Positions 57,735 through 64,000 of a DNA stretch of 64,000 nt are shown here, piece after piece. Source of the DNA: an uncultured Acidimicrobiia bacterium (GTDB taxonomy: Bacteria > Acidobacteriota > Terriglobia > Versatilivoradales > Versatilivoraceae); assembly GCA_963786955.1 (NCBI GenBank), contig CAWBAT010000005.1:64001-128000 (forward strand), given 5' to 3'. The notes under the pieces are model-generated. The model saw only the letters and a list, made by a program, of their open reading frames with translations. It was not told the origin of the DNA and ran no database searches. Position numbers and translations under genes: made by a program. The stretch's first letter is position 1; each line of letters opens with the position of its first letter.

Positions 57735-58430
57735 TTGAAACCACGAATCCTCCTGATCGAAGACGAGCGTGACATTCAGGAGTTACTGCGGTACAACCTC
57801 GAAAAAGAGGGCTTTGATTTAGCTTGCTGTGTCGAAGGAAATACCGGGTTGGAGATGGCACGCAAACTCAGGCCGGACCTCATCCTGCTCGACGTCATGG
57901 TCCCGGGAATGAGTGGAAAAGAGGTTTGCAAACGGTTGAAATCGGATGGATCCACAGAACCGATTCCGATCATATTTCTTACCGCGCGTTCGGAAGAGAT
58001 TGACAAGATGATCGGCTTTGAATTGGGCGCCGATGACTACGTTACCAAGCCCTTTAGTCCCCGAGAACTGATAGCCAGGATCCGGGCAGTCTTGAAACGA
58101 GCAATGCTCGAACGGTCACCAGAAAAAGTATTGATTCATGGTGATCTCGAAATTAACTTCATGCAACGCCGTGTCTTATTTGCCGATCTTCCCGTCTCCT
58201 TAAGCGCCCGTGAATTTGAGATTTTTTATCTGCTCGCTTCAAATCCAAACCGGGTCTTTACCCGCGAGGAACTGCTGGAACGGATTTGGAAGAATGAATC
58301 ATTTGTCACGCCGCGGACAGTGGATGTTCACATCCGCCGGCTCCGCGCCAAATACTCAGCCCTGCCGGGGTTCCCACTTTGCATCAAAACTTTTCGAGGG
58401 GTGGGGTATAAATTCGAATGGCCATCATAA
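57735..58430 (+). CDS. phoB: OmpR/PhoB family response regulator
   Basis: ILLIEDE, PDLILLD, GADDYVTKPFS, RTVDVHIRRLR; TTG start behind AGGAG. Confidence 0.85.
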   Translation: MKPRILLIEDERDIQELLRYNLEKEGFDLACCVEGNTGLEMARKLRPDLILLDVMVPGMSGKEVCKRLKSDGSTEPIPIIFLTARSEEIDKMIGFELGADDYVTKPFSPRELIARIRAVLKRAMLERSPEKVLIHGDLEINFMQRRVLFADLPVSLSAREFEIFYLLASNPNRVFTREELLERIWKNESFVTPRTVDVHIRRLRAKYSALPGFPLCIKTFRGVGYKFEWPS

Positions 58431-60190
58431 AAAGCCGCCTTTTTTTCAAAATCATGGCCTCCTATGTCATCCTGCTATTGGGGATGATGTTGGCCGTGCT
58501 GACTGCCGTTACAGTCCGCATCCATGAAAATTATCTGCAATTTGAACGCAGCCGGTTGCAGAGCATGGCTCTCATCCTCGCAGGGAGTCTCCCGCAACCC
58601 TCTTCCCCATCCACTCTCCAAGCGTGGAGTGAAGAATACGGGCAGCGGACGGGATTCCGGATCACGCTCATTGACGCACAGGGAATTGTCCTGGCGGACA
58701 ACCAGGGTATCCCGGAACAGATGGACAACCACTCGAACCGGCCTGAAGTTCGCACGGCTTTTCAACTGGGCACTGGACATAGCATCCGTTTCAGTCACAC
58801 CCTTAAAAAGAACGAACTTTATGTTGCCTCACTCGTTTCGGGGGCAAATCAGGCGCCGATTGCCTTGCGTTTGGCCCTTCCACTCCAAGAAGTGACTGAA
58901 GGGTTTCGAACCGCGCGGCAGGACCTCTTCCTCATTTCTTTTTTCTTCTTCTTTATTGCGGTATGTCTTGGCTACCTGTCTGCCCGAACGCTAACGAATC
59001 GAATTGAAAAAATCCGCCAGTTCGCGGAAGACATCGAGACGGGGAATCTGGATGCCCGGATCCACGTGGACGCCAGTGATGAACTCGGAAGGCTTGCCCA
59101 TGCTCTCAATGCAACGGCCACAAAGCTGCAGGGTATGATTGTCGAGCTCGGCTCTGAGAAACAGACCATTACAGCGATTCTGGAAGGGATGCAGGCGGGC
59201 GTTTTGGCAACCGATTTGGATGGACGCGTGACCTTAATGAATCCCGCTCTCGAGCGGATCCTCGGGATCGATGAAAAGACGTCATTAGGCAAAAAAGTCA
59301 TCGAGGTCGTCCGGAATGCAGAACTTAAAGGTATCTTTGACAAGGCCCTCAGGGAAAGAAAAGAGATCGTTTCGACTATCGACATCACGCTGAACAACAC
59401 CCAAAGTTTTGAGGTAGTGGCGGTCCCGTTGAGCGACTTCAATCAAGAAAATGGTGGGGTCGTCACCGTGTTGCATGACATCACTCGCCAAAAAGAGCTG
59501 GAAACGGTTCGAAGGGATTTTGTGGCTAACGTTTCGCATGAGTTGCAGACCCCGCTGACCGCAATCCGGGGTTTTGCCGAAACCCTTCTGGATGGAGCCC
59601 TGAAAGACGAGGTTCACAACCGGCGTTTCATAGAGGTCATCAAGTCCCAGGCTATTCGTCTCTCCGACCTCACTAAAGACCTTCTGAAACTGGCCAGCCT
59701 GGAATCCCAATCGATTCAGCTGAAATACGAAGATATCGATTGCCCCTCCCTATTGCACGAAGCCATCGAGAGTGTAAAACCTCTGGCTGGGGAGAAACGG
59801 CAGACCATCGCTTGTTTGATCCCTGAAGCTTTGCCTGGGATTCGTGGAGACCGGGAGAAACTCTTTCAAGTCCTGTTCAATCTTCTGGATAATGCGATCA
59901 AGTTTACCCCGGAAGGAGGAAAGGTCTCGCTGGAAGCGAGTTTGCATCCGGATACCCATGCCGTCGTCATTCATGTCCTGGACAGCGGTACGGGCATTCC
60001 CTCTTCAGACCTATCCAGGATTTTTGAACGATTTTACCGAGTCGACAAGACCCGTTCGCGTGAACCAGGAGGAACAGGATTGGGTCTGGCCATCGTCAAA
60101 CATATCGTTGAGGCACACAAGGGAAAAGTCGAAGTCAAAAGTACATTGGGACAAGGTTCGGATTTTTATTTTAGTTTGCCGTTAGGCTAA
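58418..60190 (+). CDS. phoR: PhoR-like sensor kinase (HAMP-PAS-HisKA-HATPase)
   Basis: NH..RPE, DFVANVSHEL.TPLT, NAIKF, FERFYRVD, GGTGLGL. Confidence 0.88.
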   Translation: MAIIKSRLFFKIMASYVILLLGMMLAVLTAVTVRIHENYLQFERSRLQSMALILAGSLPQPSSPSTLQAWSEEYGQRTGFRITLIDAQGIVLADNQGIPEQMDNHSNRPEVRTAFQLGTGHSIRFSHTLKKNELYVASLVSGANQAPIALRLALPLQEVTEGFRTARQDLFLISFFFFFIAVCLGYLSARTLTNRIEKIRQFAEDIETGNLDARIHVDASDELGRLAHALNATATKLQGMIVELGSEKQTITAILEGMQAGVLATDLDGRVTLMNPALERILGIDEKTSLGKKVIEVVRNAELKGIFDKALRERKEIVSTIDITLNNTQSFEVVAVPLSDFNQENGGVVTVLHDITRQKELETVRRDFVANVSHELQTPLTAIRGFAETLLDGALKDEVHNRRFIEVIKSQAIRLSDLTKDLLKLASLESQSIQLKYEDIDCPSLLHEAIESVKPLAGEKRQTIACLIPEALPGIRGDREKLFQVLFNLLDNAIKFTPEGGKVSLEASLHPDTHAVVIHVLDSGTGIPSSDLSRIFERFYRVDKTRSREPGGTGLGLAIVKHIVEAHKGKVEVKSTLGQGSDFYFSLPLG

Positions 60191-60244
60191 ACCTCCCTCG
60201 TGGAAGGTGCTGATTCCTTCGGGGGCATTAACATTGGAGGATTG

Positions 60245-60751
60245 ATGAATATCCATTTACTGCGACACGGGATTGCCGCGCCTTTGGCGGAAGAGAATGA
60301 TTTTCGAGATGAGAAAAGACGCCTGACGCCTGAAGGAGAGCTTAAGTTGCGCCGGGCAGCCCAGGGGTTGAAGCTCTTGCAGGTTTCTTTCGACCTGATT
60401 ATCAGTAGTCCGCTGATCCGCGCGAAGGAAACGGCGGAAATCGTCGCGGAAGTCCTCAAATTCAAACCCACCATTGAAATTTGGGATGAATTGGAACCCG
60501 AAGGAACCGCCGAATCTGTCTGTTTGCGGCTTCGCGCCCACTTGGAGAAAGGGTCTCTCCTGCTAGTCGGACACCAGCCGAGCATCGGGACTCTTGCCTC
60601 GTATTTGCTAACCGGCGACTCGAGCCGCTCCTTGCCTTTTAAGAAGGGTTCGATTTTTTCTCTGGAAATGACCGAGCTTCCTCCCGTCGGCATCGGAAAT
60701 CTTAATTGGATGCTCAGTTCCAGAATGTTAAGACAGATTGCTGGTCGCTAG
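60245..60751 (+). CDS. sixA: Phosphohistidine phosphatase SixA
   Basis: LLRHG, R.LT..G, SSP..RA.ETA, LVGHQP. Confidence 0.92.
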   Translation: MNIHLLRHGIAAPLAEENDFRDEKRRLTPEGELKLRRAAQGLKLLQVSFDLIISSPLIRAKETAEIVAEVLKFKPTIEIWDELEPEGTAESVCLRLRAHLEKGSLLLVGHQPSIGTLASYLLTGDSSRSLPFKKGSIFSLEMTELPPVGIGNLNWMLSSRMLRQIAGR

Positions 60752-61892
60752 TGGTATGCGTCATAAATAACTTTACTTATATTACTGACTTGGCTATGAT
60801 GTCGAGTCATGAGAATAGCCCCGACGATTTTCCTTTCGACCGAAGAACACTCTATTTTGGAAACCTGGGCACGGAGTCGAAGCATGCCGCTGCGAGTCGT
60901 TCAGCGGGCGCAGATCATTCTGATGGCGGCCGAGGGTATGCAGAGTCAGGCGATCGCGCAGGCGCTGCGAGTATCTCGCCCACGGTGCAACTCTGGCGCG
61001 AGCGGTTTCTGGCGCTTCGCCTGGCGGGTCTGGAGAAGGATGCGCCGCGTCCCGGACGGCTTCCCAGAATTCCGGACGCCAAGATTCGAGCCGTCGTAGA
61101 AGCGACGCTGCATAGCACGCCGCCGAATGCGACGCACTGGAGCACCCGCACCATGGCCGAGGCTCAGGGCTCAGCGAAGCCACGGTCCGGCGCATCTGGC
61201 AGCAGCACCGTCTCAAGCCCCACCTGACGAAGACCTTCAAGCTCAGCCGCGACAAGCGGTTCATCGAGAAACTGTGCGACGTCGTGGGCCTGTACCTGAA
61301 TCCGCCCGACAAGGCGCTGGTGCTGTGCGTCGACGAGAAGAGCCAGATCCAGGCGCTGGACCGAACTCAGCCCGGGTCTGCCGTTGAGGCAGCGGGCGTT
61401 GCGGCACCCAGACCCACGACTACAAACGCCACGGCACCACGACGCTGTTGCCGCCCTGAGCATGCTCGACGGCAAGGTGATCGGCGACTGCATGCCGCGG
61501 CACCGCCATCAGGAGTTCATCCGGTTTCTCAAGCGGATCGACGTGCCAGACGCCCGACGAGCTGGACCTGCATCTGATCGTCGACAACTACGGCACGCAC
61601 AAGCATCCCCGCGTCAAGTGTCCTGGCTGCGACGGCATCCCCGGTTTCATCTGCACTTCACTCCGACATCCAGTTCTTGGCTCAATATGGTCGAACGCTG
61701 GTTTCGCGAGATCACCGACAAACGCATTCGCCGCGGTTCTTTCGGCAGCGTTCCCGATCTGATTGCCGCCATTCGCAGACGTACTTGCGAGAACCACAAC
61801 CAGAATCCTCAGGTCTTCGTTTGGAAGCCACCGCTGAAAAAATCCTGGCCAAAGATCGCCAAATGTAAAGAAGCGTTAGACGCACTACACTA
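60749..61892 (+). mobile_element. IS630-family insertion sequence
   Basis: Imperfect TIRs CTAGTGGTATGCGTC..CTTTAC / GTAAAG..GACGCACTACACTAG; TA at both ends; inserted at the sixA stop codon. Confidence 0.9.
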
Positions 61893-61893
61893 G
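60809..61893 (+). pseudogene. IS630 transposase, multiply frameshifted
   Basis: Fragments across frames: [57 protein letters not shown]. Confidence 0.9.
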
Positions 61894-61935
61894 ATTGGAA
61901 TTTGGATTTATCATTCATAATCGCTTTTGAACTCA

Positions 61936-62994
61936 ATGAGGACTCAGCCACTTCACTCATGGATCCTCGATTCGGGAGGAGCAGGTCGCGGGGCATGGCA
62001 AGGCGGAGTCATTTATGAACTCATGCGTTGGGCACGCCAGAACGATTGCTACCCCCACATTTCGATGGGCGCTTCAGCAGGTGGGTATGCAGCCGCTGAC
62101 GTCGCTACAGAAACAGAGGAAACGGTCATCAAAGGGTGGACGAAATGGGGAAAGGAAATACTCCCACCCGCAAACCAGGCGCCGGAGGAATTCAAGAGTT
62201 TCTGGGGGCTCAGCCAATTCCGTTTGCATTTAATCAAGTCCATTGAATATGTCATGGGTCCCCGCGAAGTCAGAGCTGTCTTTAACAACCGAGCGGGAAA
62301 AAAACTATTGATCTTTACAACGCGTGTCCGGAGAAAAGATGGAGGGCCCTTCACGCAGCAAGACAGTTTTCGTCTTTTTATTCAGTCCTTACTTCGAAAG
62401 ATTCCCAAACCGCTAAAGTACCTTCCGAGCCTTTATCGACAAGATCCCGTCGTGTTCGCCCATCCGCTTCCGGATCCATTGCACTCGGATTTCGTTCGTC
62501 CTCTCACCCCCGCAAACTACCACCGCGTCATCGAAGCCTCCTGCCTGGTTCCCTTAGCCATGGGAGTTCCTTTGCAACCCCATCAGATCGGCGCGAATGA
62601 TACCATTGACCATCCCGTTTTTGCCGGCGACGCAAAGGCTATTTTTATGGATGGAAGTTTTGGACTTAAGATGCCGATGGCACTTTTTCAAGAGGATGTT
62701 CGATTTAGACCTGTCGCAGAGTGGGCCAAGGCTGAAAAGACAATCATTTTTTCCTGCGATCCACGCGGGAAACTTTGGGAGACCAGCTCGCGACTGCGAA
62801 GCCTGAATCATTACCCTTCTGTCCAGGAAGACAAGAAGGGAAGTCGGCTCTTGGTCATTTATCCAGACCACAAAGTCGAAGCCGGTTTCCTCTGTTATAA
62901 CAATCCGGTCATCCTAAGAACTTTTCAGCGGGGGCAAGAGCAAGCAGGTCGGCTGATGAAATCGGATGAATTTCAGCGATTTTTTGGAATCTAA
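61936..62994 (+). CDS. Patatin-like phospholipase
   Basis: GGAGRG, GASAG and DGS motifs. Confidence 0.8.
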   Translation: MRTQPLHSWILDSGGAGRGAWQGGVIYELMRWARQNDCYPHISMGASAGGYAAADVATETEETVIKGWTKWGKEILPPANQAPEEFKSFWGLSQFRLHLIKSIEYVMGPREVRAVFNNRAGKKLLIFTTRVRRKDGGPFTQQDSFRLFIQSLLRKIPKPLKYLPSLYRQDPVVFAHPLPDPLHSDFVRPLTPANYHRVIEASCLVPLAMGVPLQPHQIGANDTIDHPVFAGDAKAIFMDGSFGLKMPMALFQEDVRFRPVAEWAKAEKTIIFSCDPRGKLWETSSRLRSLNHYPSVQEDKKGSRLLVIYPDHKVEAGFLCYNNPVILRTFQRGQEQAGRLMKSDEFQRFFGI

Positions 62995-63363
62995 GGAAAG
63001 GATGGATCTTTCATACCAAGTCGCATTCAAACGGTGACAGTCTAAATTCCCTTCCGCTGGAGACATTCAATGTCAAGCCCAAATTGTACTTGTCGAATTT
63101 GTCAGACCGTAGATAGAAACTTTAGCGCTGAATTCGACATTTGAGTTTAGTAACAGGTCTGGTCCCCTAATGGTACGGCGGGATTCCGTCTGAAAAGGTG
63201 AGTGAAGTTCAAGGATCTGTGGGTGGATCTTCTCATTCGTATGTGGGTTCAGCTCCAGCCACTGGTCTGATCCTCGAGATGGCCGGTAAAACCGAATTGG
63301 ATAACGGAAGAAAGATTCGGCAGGGACAGGTTAGCGAGCCAAAAGAGAAAATTAAAGCGTCCC

Positions 63364-63410
63364 TTGACTGGTGCCGATTTGATGGCTAGAATATGCATGA
63401 ATGCGCAAAT
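63364..63410 (+). promoter_or_regulatory. Sigma70 promoter with overlapping candidate ArsR operator
   Basis: TTGACT-N17-TAGAAT followed by imperfect palindrome ATATGCATGAATGCGCAAAT. Confidence 0.55.
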
Positions 63411-63447
63411 TCTTGGATTTGCACCCACTGTGAGGAGAGAAACTGGG

Positions 63448-63798
63448 ATGAGGCAACAGCTAAGCAACTTCAAAGCGGATTTCTTCAAAGCGCTGGCACA
63501 CCCCCTCCGCATTTCCATCCTGGATGCCCTGCGGGATGGCGAACTGACTGTGAATGAGATTAGCCAGAAATTCTCGGTGGAGCCCCCTAATGCCTCCCAA
63601 CAGTTGGCCGTGTTGCGGAATAAGAACATTATTATGGCGCGCAAAGATGGGGCCAATGTTTACTACTCCATCAGTGATCCCACTCTTTTCAAGCTGTTGG
63701 ACGTGGCCCGGGAAATATTCAACCACCACCTGATCGGAGTGCGCGGCATGCTGGAGGCGATGAAATTGGAACGACCTGGAAAGACGGCGCGCTATTAG
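63448..63798 (+). CDS. ArsR/SmtB family transcriptional regulator
   Basis: FKALAHPLRI.IL..L..GE..V, SQQLAVLR, G..VYY; RBS GAGGAG. Confidence 0.93.
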   Translation: MRQQLSNFKADFFKALAHPLRISILDALRDGELTVNEISQKFSVEPPNASQQLAVLRNKNIIMARKDGANVYYSISDPTLFKLLDVAREIFNHHLIGVRGMLEAMKLERPGKTARY

Positions 63799-63971
63799 GT
63801 TGGGAGTTTTGTTCCGGATCGCATTGGGGTCCGGACTTTTTTAACTTAACTATCTGCAAACTTGTGCACTTTCGCAGATTAGAGCAGTTGGCGGAGATCG
63901 GGTCATTTCGCGAACGGCCGCCGCTAACAGACCCGCACATTAAACATTCCTGCGAAGGGAGGAGATTGCGA

Positions 63972-64000
63972 ATGCCGGATTACATTCTCGAGGATCGTCT
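63972..64000 (+). CDS. Start of a downstream gene (truncated by window)
   Basis: GGAGGAG RBS then ATG; reads MPDYILEDR. Confidence 0.45.

Noticed and set aside
60809-61893. Programmed ribosomal frameshift in the IS630 transposase
   Set aside because: There are too many frame switches and no single slippery site explains them.
63011-63035. CATACCAAGTCGCATTCA as a MITE end
   Set aside because: No matching inverted partner was found nearby, so an element cannot be delimited.

Overview
Bacterial chromosomal segment of moderate GC, most consistent with Acidobacteriota (Oar-type TonB-dependent barrel, vWA and carboxypeptidase-regulatory-like proteins; this is inference). It contains housekeeping genes (rqcH/NFACT start, maf, dciA-like, gatCA), an HK/sigma54-RR pair, and a cytochrome c maturation operon with a Cys-type (CxxxY) CcmE followed by a HemQ/Cld-family gene. 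It also holds a molybdopterin oxidoreductase, periplasmic sugar-oxidation genes, an ~18 kb minus-strand respiratory operon (Rieske, split cytochrome b, 8-heme cytochrome c, cupredoxin lipoprotein, heme a synthesis, A1-type aa3 oxidase, ABC/SCO/DUF420 accessories), phoB-phoR-sixA, a frameshift-ridden IS630 and a patatin and ArsR gene. Three signals are missed by the ORF track. (1) A secreted selenoprotein (750..2138) with an in-frame TGA in a CGU motif and a SECIS hairpin joins a degenerate UshA-like domain to a tetraheme cytochrome c. (2) A DUF559 nuclease gene is bracketed by ~33-bp hairpin-containing inverted repeats whose relatives are scattered through the window. (3) A dense, nested set of REP/REPIN/MITE elements is present, one apparently translated in frame inside apbE.
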